A program made the position numbers and the translations under genes. Below, piece by piece: positions 1 to 13,574 of a stretch of 64,000 nt of DNA. Source of the stretch: Squalus acanthias (Eukaryota). Numbering within the stretch: position 1 is the stretch's first letter; each line of letters begins with the position of its first letter. The stretch lies in contig CM059442.1 of the NCBI GenBank assembly GCA_030390025.1, forward strand, positions 68,758,001 to 68,822,000. The letters run 5' to 3'. The notes under the pieces were generated by a model that had not been told where the DNA came from, did not search any database, and worked only from the letters and a program-made list of their open reading frames with translations.

Positions 1-349
1 GGTTGGTTTAAGAAAAAAAGGGCACGGTCTCTTTGGGCTGGAAGGTTACATACCTGGTGATAGGAGCTTGGGATTTAACCTTCAGATCAGGTAATCCAAT
101 ACAGGAACCTGGCAAGTCTGCATTTCTCCAGGACATTGTTGATGACTGACCAGCTTGCCTGCCTCACTAGTGAAAGCTGTAAGAATGGACCAGTCACTGG
201 AGGCTGAGATTCTTCACTCAGCTCCAAAAAACCCAACAAGCCAATGTTCTAACAGGTAGGGCAATCCTCACTGAACAAGCAGTAATACTAGCTGGTTAAA
301 CTCAACCCCTGCACAAACAAAACCTTGGCTCTGTCAATCTTCCCCTCAG

Positions 350-612
350 GAAAGAACAAATTCGCATTTATATAGCGCCTTTCATGTCATCAGAATGTGC
401 AAACGTACTTCACAACCAAGGAGTTACTTTTGAAGGACTGTCATTGTTATGTAGGTAAACACAAAAGCCAATTTATGCCAGCAAGGTTCCAACGTGTTAA
501 GGGATCAGATAATCTATATTAGTGATGTTAGTTGAGGGATAAATGTTCGCTGGGACACAAGAACTCGCCTGTTCTTCTTCGAACGGTGTTGTGGGATCTT
601 TTACGTCCACCC
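350..612 (-). mobile_element. Degraded Deu-domain SINE
   Basis: Reverse complement resembles the 3' part of 16288-16695 (gcatttatatagcgccttt...). Confidence 0.7.
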
Positions 613-883
613 AAGGGGATGTAATGAACACAATTTAAATTTGTTTCCTTTCTGACTCCTTTGCAGCTATCTGACTGGGAATGTGGTTTGAGCAGTGTAT
701 GAAAAGATCCTTCCCCAGATAGTGTTTCTGCTTCTGCTCCCTATCCCCTCCCATTTGAACTGGCAAATGTTGACGAAACTCAACCAAATGCAGAGAAGAC
801 CCGACTCGAATGTGTCCAACAAAACAGATTCAAATTTGGGTTTCCTGCTGGCACTCCAGCTGATTCAGGGCACCTTCAGTTCT

Positions 884-1120
884 GCAAAAAGAAAATACTG
901 CAGATGCTGGAAATCTGAAACAGAAAATGCTGCAGATACTCAGCAGGTCAGGCAGCATCTGTGAAGAGAATCTTCACAGATGCTGCCTGACCTGCTGAGT
1001 ATCTCCAGCATTTTCTGTTTTTACGATAGCAAAATACTGCGGATGCTGGAAATCCGAAATAACAGAAAACGCTGGAAAAACTCAGCAGGCCAGGCAGCAT
1101 CACTTTCAGTTCTGGTTTTC
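884..1120. repeat. Inverted-repeat element, probably Penelope-like retroelement terminus
   Basis: 50-bp arms 918-967 and 971-1020 with one mismatch and a 3-nt loop; further partial copy at 1029-1101; family assignment is from recall. Confidence 0.7.
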
Positions 1121-2377
1121 TATCTCATTTCATACAAAGTTGGTCTCTGCAACAGTCATTAAACAAAGACACTTTGGTTAACCCCTTATATAAAAAAAAA
1201 TCAACTCACACCAGAGACCGATTCCTGGAGGAAAATGTGAGCAGATACCTGCTCCCAAGTGCGGGAAGGCAGGGTCCCTCAAATTTTCCTTCTTCCTCTT
1301 TTTAGAGGACTGTGCAGCAAGCAGGTTTCTTTTACACTAAACAAAATGCATTTGGACTGAAAATGTTAAATAGTTACTTTTCAGAAGCAGCAACAGTAAA
1401 CAACTTCCAGCCATTCTGTTCTGCCAATCGTTATACTGAGTGTGCAGTTCCCTTCACCCAACTACAGCTCAAATTATTCTGCAATGTTTAAATTACTTCA
1501 CAGGAAATTAAATTTGTGGACTCCCCAGAAAGTACAAAATCTTTAAATAACAAGCTCTGGGTATTGAAATACTACACACAACAGATGGTTGAGAGGGAGT
1601 TATAAAGATCACAATTCAACTGAGCAATATCTAGATCAAACCACAAGAGCGAAACTCAAGCAGTTTAGCAACTTCAAGACAGAATCAGTGTCAGGCAACG
1701 ATATACAGCCTATTGGTTTGGTTTTTTTTAAAACCCAAGAAAAATATGCTTGTACCTTTTCCAAAATCACAAAACAGCAGGTGTCTTGACCCATGCAGGG
1801 GAGGCATAACCTTGATGAACAATTGACAGCAGCTATTTGAATGTATATTGCATTATACAACTAGTAAATTAGCACTCTGTTTAATACAAGCAGAATGCAA
1901 GAAAACATTATGTACAATATTGCACACTATCTGCATTTCAACTACATAAACTGAGGGATCCAAGATATTAGCTGGTTATACGATTGAGAGATTTGAATAA
2001 CATTGCCAGAACCTCAAGACTGTGTCGATATGTACCTTCCTGGTTCCGACATCGCTCGGCCATGACTGGGTCAGAGAATCAGTCTCCCTTTTGAATCGAC
2101 AATGAGCAAGGAACAAGTAATCGCAGGACACTCGAGACTAATCTTCACGGTCATCGGTTCAGCAACATTCAGTGGCTCCGCCTAATGCCAAAGGTCATGT
2201 GTCCAGAGGTGCGGTACTGGGCTCAAACTAAACACTTGCAACAGGCAGAGCTTTTTTTTTTTAAGTCTATGCATTGGGAAGCTAATAGACAAGAATTATC
2301 TTGCTTTCAAACGCTCAAGAGGATAGAGATATGTATAACCATACACAGAGTAGTTTCTGCACTAGTTTTGCTCAGAT

Positions 2378-2770
2378 AGCAGCAATCTTACCTCTTCAAA
2401 TCAGAAGGTTGTGGGTTCAAGCACAATTTACTTGACACTCCAGTGCAGTACCGAGTGAGTGCTGCATTGCTGGATGGGGCGCCCTTCATACAAGACATTA
2501 AACCAAGACCCTGCCTGTTGTCTGCTGGTTCACATTGATGTTAAAGATTCCCTGGCACTAGCAAAGAAGAGCCGGGAGTTCTGTGTGTCCACTTACAGAC
2601 AAAAAAATGAACTGGCCATTCATCTCATGAGGGACCTTGCGGTGTGCAAAATGATTGCTGCGTTCACCTGCACAACAATTACTCCACTTTAAAAAGTAGC
2701 TCATTGCATCAGGATCACTTTAGGAGGTTTAAGAAACACAAGACACTATTTTAATTCAAGTCTTTCTTCC
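2378..2770 (+). mobile_element. Degraded Deu-domain SINE
   Basis: tcagaaggttgtgggttcaag head and core similar to the 16288 copy. Confidence 0.7.
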
Positions 2771-5700
2771 TCCAATTGTGTTTCAAAAATCTAACACCAA
2801 GTACCCTTGCACTATGAACTCGCAAAGAAATGTAATGTGCTTCTACATGATTCTGCAGAAACACCACAGGGAATGGATCTATTAAATCTTTTGCAAATAT
2901 TACTCTTCCAGCTAAGCCACAGTAAATGTACAGGGCACGGAGGTACCAACATGCTATGTCACAGAGTGAAAGGGCAGAAGTCTGAGTTTATGGTTACTCA
3001 CATAGTAAGTACCTCATGCCAGCAGAAGTGCACAAAGTGTTCGCCAGGGTCACGCTTGTGCATCACTTTGTAGCTAATTAGAGATCAGAATTGGCTGAGC
3101 TCAGAGCAAGTTGCCTGCTTGCCATTTCAAAGAGTTTGAAATGGGGCTCACATTATCTATTTTGCTGCAACACTACAGTGGCTTTAATGAAGGCAAAAGG
3201 GGGGCATACAGTCAGAATTATTACTGGGAGAATGAACAGAGAAGTTAAAAAAAACATGTGAAAATAATTCTTAAGATGAATTCTTCATCCCTAAGTACAT
3301 ATCGAGACAGTGGCAAATATGTAATTTAAAAAGGAAACTGGATAAATATTTAGAGAAAATATAAAAGGATACAAGGAAAGGGCAGAAAAATTGGATTGGA
3401 AGTGACAGCTGCAGCTGAAGGGCAAGCAATGGCACAGGTGCAACAGGCCGAATGGCCTCCTTGTGCGCTCCAACTTCTAGGATTCCAGGAAACCCGAGAA
3501 CGGATTAACAGAATGAAGTTTCCTGCTGCCAAGGTTGGAGAGTCGAGTTCTTCCCCTACAATGACTTACTGGGACAACCTGGGTAATGGAAACTACATAA
3601 TTCCCTGGGTGAAAGCATGAAAAATAACTAAAAATGTTAATCAGCAGCCAAGTCAGACTACAAAGCGTTCTCATCGTTCAGTGAGTCACTGGGTCAAAAA
3701 AAGGGTTTGGCAAAGAACAGACACCAACCTGCTCTTATGGAGTACAGCACAGTATCATTTCAGGGAGGAGGGAGCGACAAAGTAGATCTTACAGAAAATG
3801 AAAAATACACAAGAGGCATTACATAAAATAAAGTAGCTACAGAAGGAGAATCCATCGGAAACAGCGTCTGGTAAACAGAAGCTAAAAGTTTCTTATCTTG
3901 CAATGAACAGGATTATTTTCCTGAAAAGCATTTCTGCAGATTACCATTGGAGGTGGTCGAGATTAACCGCACCATGAAAAAAATGTTTAGCAAACTATGC
4001 AAAATATTGTAAAAACCTGGCCTCGTGTGAAGTGCATAAACTCTCAAAAGATGAAATGGATCTCAAAACAGAGAAGGACATGCACAAATAAATGTGACAA
4101 AAAATGATATTTTTGCAAATCAAATTTATTAATAAACACAAAATTAAAAAACAAAGGAAAATGAATTTGATCACACTGTCTAAAATGAGCTTACATGCAG
4201 TTCCTGTATGTTAGATAGTCAATCTGCACAACCCACAATAAAAGTATGCCCAATTAGTAACAAGCATGCCAGTATCTTCACGTGCTCTCCTACAACTATC
4301 TTCGATCAGCACAATTTTAGCATATAAATCTATTTCACCTTCTGCAGTTACAAACAGAAATGCTGTGAGACTGGCACGGCTTCCTCAGCACCTTGATGTA
4401 AAGTAGGGCGTGTTCATTTACACGTAGTAATATAAACATTTAAATCACTATGGGTTTGGGTCATTGAAATGCATGTTTCAACATAATGGAATAGACTAAA
4501 TACATATCCACCAATTGAAACATCAGCTTTTCAAAATGGTGGATGCAAATCAAGCACTGTATTTGATAATTCAGTATCAATTGGTATATTCACTGCCTCG
4601 GTTTGAAAATGTGTCAAAATGGGAATTTGTCTTTATTTCATTTTTTTTTACAAGTAATCCAGGGTTTAATATGGAGGCTGCTCTCTCTTCACTAAGGTTC
4701 TGAAGACAGGAGACTGATAGTCTGCATGTAATTAAACAATGCCCTCTACTCAAAAATCAATTGAGACAAGGGCTCTTTGATAGCTAACAAATACAGTCTT
4801 AAGGGTAACTTTCAGTTTGCTTTCCAATGTTTAAGTGTCCAGAAATTAGTGAAGTTAAAGGTGCTTGCTTTGCTTCAGACTAGGTGCAAGCTGATGGTCA
4901 GGCTTTACCAGGTACTTGCGATCCAGACTGCATTCAACTTTCCATGTTACCATTTTCATGTATTGTGCCTTTATTCGCCAGTGTCTGTTGCCTTGTATTT
5001 AAAGCACAGAAAGGGTACAATATATATTTAGCTTTCAATGTTTTTCAATCCTGCCTGAAACATGCGTGAGCTACAAGAGCATTTGAAGCTCATGCATTCC
5101 ATTTGCAAAATCTCATCCCAAAGGAAATAGGAGACAGAAAACGAAGTTGTTTCATACACAGGAGGTGTTGCCTGCAAAGAGACTATAAGAAGCAGTTTTC
5201 TGGAATAGGGTATATTAACTGGTTCTAATTTGCCATTACGTATTGCATTGAATTGTATCATGCCGATTTGTTGTTTTTATTTGTAAATAAATCTTGACAA
5301 AGTGTTTGCTGTATGCAGTCGCCTGCTGATATTGCATTCTCCATCTTTTGAGGTGACAGCCTCACACATTCTCGGGTAAGCAATTCATCATGAGTCAGGT
5401 GCAATTGTTAAACCTGGGCTGTATTAGCCCATACGTGGTAATAAACAAACATGTTTTGGTTCAGACGACAGCCAGCATACTCATGGAAATAGGAGTCTAA
5501 TCTAAATGCAAGAAAGCCATTAGGAAGAAGTCCAAATTGTAATTGCGGTTCTGAACTTTATTCCCATTTTAAGTTTTCAGTCATGTTGACATTTACGATT
5601 CCTCTGTTGCTTTCCATAGGTTAAATCAGAGCATACGTGAAAGCAGGCATTATTCTCAAACTGCGATAAAGGTATTAAACCCAAGTATTTCTCCACTCCC

Positions 5701-6227
5701 CACCCACTCAGCATTTCCAGGTTGCCAATGCAGTACCTCACAACATAAATGCATTCTAATCCCTCCCATGAGTCAGTGCTGAATTTACATCAAGATTTAA
5801 ACCTGTAACTGCAAAGCCATTTGGGAACGACTTCCCCACAGCACCCAAGTTACTATTATCTTTCTACTTCTTTTATTGCAACATTGGATCACTTTGATTC
5901 AGCAAATAGTTTGTACTTTGTGGCTGTACTAACTTAGACCATGGAAGGAATACTATGCAAGCGAGGAGCTGAAAACCCATTAAAGATTTTTTTTTTTTTA
6001 ATTTTATGGACATGATTTTTGTTCTTTTGAATCTCAATTTTTATACTTTTTTTTTTACAAAAAGCAAATGGGAAAAAAATAATTGAATCAGATGTTCCGT
6101 TTGACCCTGTACAACCCATGGTGCACCAATGAGAAATCACTCCTTGAAAAACAAGACTGACATTTTTAAATGGCATAAAACCTTTTGAATTAAGATATAA
6201 ATATTGTGGTTAAAATCAAGTATTTAC

Positions 6228-6416
6228 CAGCCGTATGAGGCATAAGATTCTGTACAGTAATTCCTGAAGTCTAATAGCCTCGACTGATGCAGTAGGACAG
6301 TCAGTGTGGCTGGTTACACCCAGCCCTTCCTTGCAATTATGCGCCAGCTTACACTTCTGCTGCCAGGCCTGTTCGTATGCTTGGTCACATGACTCTCCAG
6401 GCCTCCTTTCAGCCAT
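6228..6416 (-). CDS. Small ORF in a candidate antisense exon (63 codons), unknown product
   Basis: aacATGG Kozak context 15 nt after a strong acceptor; MAERRPGESCDQAYEQAWQQKCKLAHNCKEGLGVTSHTDCPTASVEAIRLQELLYRILCLIRL; no family recognised. Confidence 0.25.
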
Positions 6417-7521
6417 GTTTCAGTCCACAACCTGAAAGAGAGTTAAAAATTAATTGAAGAAACTTTTGTCCAATTACTTTGTACTAGTTTAAAAACCAAG
6501 TTCTCTCTCATCCTCCCACTGCATCCAGATGTACTTTTTACACCCAAAAGGGGGACAAGCTACCTGATTCCAGGCCTCAAAAGACTGCTCTCCACCTAAC
6601 AGTTCCATTTATCTTCCAGTCTCTTTCCCCTTTCCCTCTCTGTACAGGGCACCTGAACTTCACTGAACTCTTGCCGATAATCTGGGACTGGGGAGAGGAC
6701 ACAAGAAAACACACGAAACCTAAAACATCAGAAAGCTACTTAATTTCAACAATTTGTTAATTGAAGAAAGCAGCCATTCACTGTGACACCGATACAAAGA
6801 CAGAAATAATACACAAATAACTGAGGAGTGCGACACACTAACAACTGCAAGAAACAAAAGTCTGATTGTTATTCCTTTTTTGGGTGGAGAGAGGGAAAGA
6901 AAGAAGGCTTCAAAAAAAGTTTTAAAAAATCATCTTTTTGGTGAATAATTTTTGTGCTCATCAAAATGGGATGTCACTCCAAAGGAACGAGAGTTCCACT
7001 TTTTATACTCCATATCAACCACTCCTCGGACAAGTACAGTAAATGACAATACTAAAACTGAGTGACAACTTTTAGCTTACTTGATTTATTCAACATTCTT
7101 AACAAGCCTCTGGTATTTGAAACTGTAGGTTAACACTATCAGAAAGCACACTTTCAGCATGGATTGCTTTCTCTACAGTATCAAACAATAAAACAACTTT
7201 CGGAAATTTGGAAAGTCTGCATCTCATTTAAAATTCCAAGCAAATTACGATCCAATTGATTCATGAATGGAAATAATGGCACAATCTTTAATGTGTCTTA
7301 AATTTGACGTTAGATAAATTAAGATTTTTAGTTTCCTACCCTTTTATTCCCCCTTTTAGTTGAAAATTAAATTAAGTTAAAACTTGAATACTGTTATCAT
7401 ATCTGGTGATGCTCTTCCAGCACGCCTCACTCCTGAAAGGGATAAAAGCAACAATTTGTCGTTTGATACGCAATTCTTCTCACCTCCAATCCCTCTTGTT
7501 CTTCTCTGTTTTAATCAATAC

Positions 7522-8800
7522 TTTTTTTTTTAATTTGTTTATGGGATATGGGTGTCGCTGGCAAGGCCTAATTGCCCTCGAGAAGGTGGTGGTGAGCCTC
7601 TTTCTTGAACCACTGCAGTCTGTGTGGCGAAGGTACTCCCAGTGTTGTTAGGGAGGGAGTTCCAGGATTTTGACCCAGCAACGATATATTTCCAAGTCAG
7701 GATGGTGTGTGACTTGGAGGGGAACTTGGAGGTGGTGGTGTTCCCATGCGCCTGCTGCCCTTGTCCTTCTAGGTGGAAGAGGTCACGGGTTTGGGAGGTG
7801 CTGCAGTGAATCTTGTAGATGGTACGCACTGCAGCCACGGTACACCGGTGGTGGAGGGAGTGAATGTTTAAGGTGGTGGATGGGGTGCCAATGAAGTGGG
7901 CTGCTTTGCCCTGGATGGTGTCGAGCTTCTTGAGTGTTGTTGCAGCTGCACTCATCCAGGCAAGTGGAGAGTATTCCATCACTCTCCTTACTTGTGCCTT
8001 GTAGATGGTGGCAAGGCTTTGGGGAGTCAGGAGGTGAGACACTCGCCACAGAACACCTAGCCTCCGACCTGCTCTTGTTGCCACAGTATTTATGTGGCTG
8101 GTCCAGTTAAGTTTCTTGTCAATGGTGACCCCCAGGATATTGATGGTGGGGGATTCGGTGATGGTAATGCCGTTGAATGTCATAGAAACATAGAAACTAG
8201 GAGCAGGAGTAGGCCATTCGGCCCGTCGAGCCTGCTCCACCATTCAATATGATCATGGCTGATCATCCAAATCCAGTACCCTGTCCCTGCTTTCTCACAC
8301 AGAATCCCCATCGAGCCTGCACCGACACATATCCCACCCTATCCCCGTAACCCCACGTATTTAATTCCCCCTAACATATCCCTTCCTATCCTATCCCCGT
8401 AACCCCACATATTTAATCCCCCCCTAACACTAAGGGTCAATTTATCATAGCCAAATCAACCTAACCCGCACATTTTTGGACTGTGGGAGGAAACCGGAGC
8501 ACCCGGAGGAAACCCACGCAGACACGGGGAGAATGTGCAAACTCCACACAGACAGTCACCCGAGGCCAGATTCGAACCCGGGTCCCTGGCGCTGTGAGGC
8601 ACCAGTGCTAACCACTATGCCCCCGTGTTGCCCATGGGGAGGTAATTAGAGGTTGTTGGAGATAGTCATGGCCTGGCACTTCTGTGGCGCGAATGTTACC
8701 TGGCACTTATCAGCCCAAGTCTGAATGTCGTCCAGGTCTTGTTGCATGTGGGCATGGACTGCTTCATTATCTGAGGAGTTGTGAATGGCACTAAACACTG
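7522..8800 (-). mobile_element. CR1-group (Zenon/Crack-like) LINE 3' fragment interrupted by a SINE
   Basis: ORF 7539-8243 contains RT C-terminus LGVTIDKKLNWTSHI...YKAQVRRVMEYSPLAW; A-rich tail near 7522. Confidence 0.88.
8181..8633 (-). mobile_element. HE1/V-SINE-like tRNA-derived SINE, young copy nested in a LINE
   Basis: Minus-strand tRNA head with A box and GGTTCGAATC B box; V-domain-like core; CR1-type tail ending in TTTCTATG repeats. Confidence 0.9.
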
Positions 8801-8827
8801 AATACTCTGTCTCTTAACGGTCTTGGT

Positions 8828-9027
8828 TTATTTTTATTCATTCTCGGAATGGGGACGTTGCCAGCATTTATTGCCCATTCTAAGCTGCCCTGAGAAGGCA
8901 GTGGTGGGCCTTCTTGAGTGGTCTGAAGCAACTGAGTTGCATGACTCCAGTCAACCACATGGGACTGGAGTCACATACAAGCCCTACTTCGTAACAATGG
9001 CAGATTTCCTTCACTAAAAGACATTAG
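8828..9027 (-). mobile_element. 5'-truncated copy of the same tRNA-SINE family as 26700-27140
   Basis: Reverse complement of the tail and of the gactccagtccc core. Confidence 0.65.
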
Positions 9028-9419
9028 TGTCCAAAATCTCTGTGCTCCTCCAACTCTGGCCTCTTGCGCATCCCCCCATATTAATCGCTCAACCATTGAC
9101 GGCCATGCTTTCAGCTGCCAAAGCCCCAAACTCTGGAATTCCCTCCATAAACCTCTCCGCCTCTCTCACCTCCTTAAAATCCACCTCGTTGATCAAGCTT
9201 TTGGTCATCAGTCCTAATATCTCCTCATGGCTCGTTGTCATTTTTTGTTTGATAACGCTCCTTGGGATGTTTTACGATGCTAAAGGAAAGTAGTTGCTGT
9301 TGTTGTAGTAGTAGTGAACTAATTGAGTTTTTCAAACGACAATCAGATAGCTTCATTTGTACTGACACCAGCCAGTATTTTGTGTTATGGTTTCCAAATT
9401 TGTTTTTAAACTGAATTGC

Positions 9420-11140
9420 ATAGAATATACAGCACAGGAACAGGCCATTCGGCCCAACCAGTCCATACCGGTGTTTATGCTCCACTCGAGCCTCCTCCCA
9501 TCCTTCCTCAGCTGACCATCAGCATAACCCTCTATTCCCTTCTCACTCATGTGCTTATCTTGCCTCCCCTTTAAATGCATCTAGACAATTCACCTCAACC
9601 ACTCTCTGGGTAAAGAAGTTTCTTCCAAATTCCCCATTTGATTTGTTGGTGACTATCTTATATTGACTGCCTCTAGTTTTGCTCTTCCGCTTAAGTGGAA
9701 ACACACTCTGTGTCTACTCTATCAAAACCTTTCATAATTTTAAATACCTCTATTAGGTCACCCCATGGCCGCCTTTTTTCAAGCGAAAAAAGAGACCCAG
9801 CCTGTTAGTCCTTTCCTGATAGATTTCTCCTCGCATTTCTGGTATCATCATTGTAAAGCTTTTTTGCACCCTCTCCAGTGCCTCTATATCCTTTTTATAA
9901 TATAGCGACCACAACTGTACACAGTACTCCAAGTGTGGTCTAACTGAGGTTTGATACAAGTTGAGCATAACTTCTCTACTTTTCAATTCTAGCCCATTAG
10001 AAATAAACCCTAGTGCCTGGTTTGCTTTTGTTTTGGCCTTAATAACCTGCATCACAACTTAGTGATGTATATTTGTACTCCCAGATACACTCCTCTACCC
10101 CATTTAGATTCTTATTTTCTAAGTAATACATGACCTCCTTATTTTTCTTTTCAAAACGTAATACCTCACACTAGTTGATGTTGAAATTCATTTGCCAATT
10201 ACATGCCCATACTTCAAGTTTATTAAATGTCTTCTTGGAATTTATTACAGTCCTCCTCAGTTTTGACAATCCCTCCTAATTTGATGTCATCCACAAATTT
10301 AGAAATTGTGTTCTTGATTCCAAAGTCTAAATCGTTATTTGTGATCAACAACAGTGGTCCCAACACTGATCCTTGTGGGATCCCACTTCCCACCTTAGCC
10401 CTATTCTCCACTTTCTGTCTTGCAGCCTGCTAGTTATCCATTCTGCTCATTGTCCTGACTCCATATGCTCTGACCTTATTCATTAGGTGGAAATCTAGAT
10501 ATATTACATCTACTGCATTACCCTGGTCTACATTCTCTAATACCTCTTTAAAGAATTCAGTGAGGTTGGTCAAGCAAGACTTTCCCTTTTGAAATCTATG
10601 TTGTCTATTCATTATTACATTTTTGGTTTATAGATGTTTTTCTATTTTCTCCTTCAGTAGGATTCCATTACTTTTCCTACTACCAATGTTAAGCTGACAG
10701 GTCTATAGTTCCCTGTACATGTTCCATCGCCCTTCTTAAATACAGCTATAACGCTAGCTATCCGCCAGTCCTCTGGCACTACACCTTTTTCAAATGAATT
10801 ATTAAATGTGTAATAGTGCCTCCGCTATCTCTTCTAGATTCTTACAGAATGCGCAGATACAATCCATCCGGACCAGGAGTTTTATCCTCTGAGTTTGATT
10901 ATTTTATATATTTCTCCTCTTTATTTTACATGCAGTTATATCATTTCTAATCTCATCTTCCGATGTCATGTCCACCTGATCCGTCTCCCTGGGAAATACT
11001 GAAGTAAACTAATTATTTAATATTCCCACTATTTCGCTATCGCTGCCTGTGATTTTATCCTTAATGACCCAATTCCCATCTCAACTTCCTTTTTTTTTTA
11101 AATTTATGTGCCTGTAGAATATTTTACTCTTTTGTTTAAA
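9420..11140 (-). mobile_element. CR1/HER1-like LINE fragment
   Basis: QHRFQKGKSCLTNL, GIPQGSVLGPLL, KFVDD and RPHLEYCVQLW in broken frames. Confidence 0.9.
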
Positions 11141-12229
11141 CCAAGGCTTAAAACAGTTTTCTACTCCACCTCATTCGTTCCCAGGATCTCAACTGTGGAA
11201 CTTAGTCACCCCTCTCTGCAGCCATTTAAAACCCAATTTTGGAGTTACCTAGCTACTACTGAGTAATTTACCACATCTTCTATCCTATTATTTTTAACCT
11301 ATGTTGTGGTGTCCTGCATTTTAGGCCTTAATCCTTCACTCAACTAAAAAAGTGAAATTCATTTGGGCAATTGATAGATGGGAATTTAGTAGTAGTTGTT
11401 GCAAGAGTGTGGATCCACCGCACAAAATGGACAATGGTTTAGTTATGCCCAGAACTCAATTGACAGCTTCATTCAGAGGCAGTAGTAATAGTTGATGTAG
11501 GAAGTAGGAATCTACTGCAGTTGGTGATACCATTTAGGATGAAATTGAAGTAGATAATTGGAACCAGAGTAAGAAGAGGGCTTAATTCTGCTCTCAGCCC
11601 ATTCTATACCAGACCTGATGATGGGAACAAGAAGCAGGAAATTATTTCCTCACCTTGATAAGAACAAAAATGTATAAGTGAACACAATCTATTTCTATAG
11701 CAATCCCCATATGATCCAATGCACCTTCATAAATCCATTTTGCCCTCAATTTCCTCACTACTGTTTTTACTTCATCCCATGTGATATTTCTGAAACCAAA
11801 ACAATTCAACTGATTGGAGGAGTAAAGACAAGACTGCTTAGGACATAGACTGTACAACTAAGTGAAGTCCCATGGTGTGCTGACACACTGCACCACCCTC
11901 AATCCCCACACAAGCTCCAATTTCTCATGGACTGTTGATAGGGCAGGGCAGAGGAACAAGGGGTAATGGGAAACAGATGGACAGAGAATTAAATGTTAGG
12001 GGACTCCTTTGTATCTTTCAAAAGGACTGTGGAAAAAAAAAAATCTAGAATCAGGTCATCTGTTGAGAACACCCAGAAATAGGTGGTGAAACTTTAAATG
12101 TTGTCAGTACCCAAGCACTGCCCACAGTTCTATTTTACTTATGTAGCCAGACTTATCAAGTGAAGAACTGGCTTAAAAATCCTTCCTTTAGTAACAGAAT
12201 GCAAAATAAAATGTGGCTACTGATCTGTC

Positions 12230-13238
12230 ATTTTTTTTTAATTATTCGTTTATGGGATGTGGGCATCGCTGGCAAGGCCAGCATTTATTGCCCATCCCTA
12301 ATTGCCCTCGAGAAGGTGGTGGTGAGCCGCCTTCTTGAACCACTGCAGTCCGTGTGGTAAAGGTACTCCCGCAGTGCTGTTAGTGAGGGAGTTCCAGGAT
12401 TTTGACCCAGCGACAATGAAGGAACGGCGATATACTTCCAAGTCAGGATGGTGTGTGACTTGGAGGTGGTGGTGTTCCCATGCGCCTGCTGTCCTTATCC
12501 TTCTAGGTGGTAGAGGTCGCGGGTTTGGGAGGTGCTGCCGAAGAAGCCTTGGCGAGTTGCTGCAGTGCATCTTGTAGATTGTGCACAATGCAGCCACGGT
12601 ACGCCGGTGGTGGAGGAAGTGAATGTTTAAGGTGGTGGATGGGGTGCCAATCAAGCTGGCTGATTTGACTTGGATGGTGTTGAGCTTCTTGAGTGTTGTT
12701 GGAGCTGCACTCACCCATGCAAGTGGAAAGTATTCCATCGCACTCTTGACTTGTGCCTTGTAGATGAAGGAAAGTCTGTGGGGAGCCAGGAGGCGAGACA
12801 CTCGCCGCAGAATACCCAGCCTCTGACCTGCTCTTGTTGCCACAGTATTTATGTGGCTGGTCCAGTTAAGTTTCTGGTCAATGGTGACCCCAGGATATTG
12901 ATGGCTACCTGGCACTTATCAGCCCAAGCCTGAATGTCGTCCAGGTCTTGCTGCATGTGGGCATGGACTGCTTCATTATCTGAGGAGTTGCGAATGACAC
13001 TAAACACTGTGCCGTCATCAGCGAACATCCCCACTTCTGACCTTATGATGGAGGGGATGAAGCAGCTGAAGATGGTTGAGCCTAGGACACTGCCCCGAGG
13101 AACTCCTGCAGCTATGTCGTGGGGCTGTGATGATTGACCTCCAACCACCACAACCATCTTCCTTTGTGCTAGGTATGACTCCAACCAGTGGAGAGTTCCA
13201 CCCACCCCCCCGCCCCCAATTCCCATTGACTTCAGTTT
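12230..13238 (-). mobile_element. CR1-group (Zenon-like) LINE fragment
   Basis: RT motifs GVPRGSVLG and MFADD, plus YKAQVKSAMEY; same tail as the 7522 copy. Confidence 0.9.
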
Positions 13239-13512
13239 TAAACAAAAGGTTTGAACCTGATGTAAATGCTATGGTTTGGATTAAAACAATCAGAATTAAT
13301 ACGGTGACTCAAGATTAGGAGATGAGACACACCGAGCAAGAAAATGAGACAAAATTTAAAAAACATATTCATTTTTTTTGTCCTGAGGGCGGCAATAGAC
13401 AAGGGGGGAAAAAATAGACCCACGGAAATGCAAATCTCACCATAGAAGGCAAATTAATCCTCAGGACTGATGAGCAGAGAATTAGGTGGACAAGAATTAA
13501 TTTAAAAGGTAC

Positions 13513-13574
13513 AAAATGCACTTCATGCATCATTAACCTTGGAAATAGGTAACATGATGCATGATTTGCATTTT
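13513..13574. other. 62-nt near-perfect hairpin, pre-miRNA-like
   Basis: AAAATGCA/TGCATTTT, TCATGCATCAT/ATGATGCATGA and ACCT/AGGT stems around a 7-nt loop. Confidence 0.7.

Noticed and set aside
4500-5300. 3'UTR-like AT-rich block with AATAAA near 5286 on the + strand
   Set aside because: No upstream + strand coding exon is visible in the window; composition alone is insufficient
7539-8243. 234-aa RT-like ORF as a functional gene, and similar ORFs at 12298, 35595, 51420-52305 and 63075
   Set aside because: Truncated, frameshifted LINE fragments; the 7539 ORF takes its start from a nested SINE
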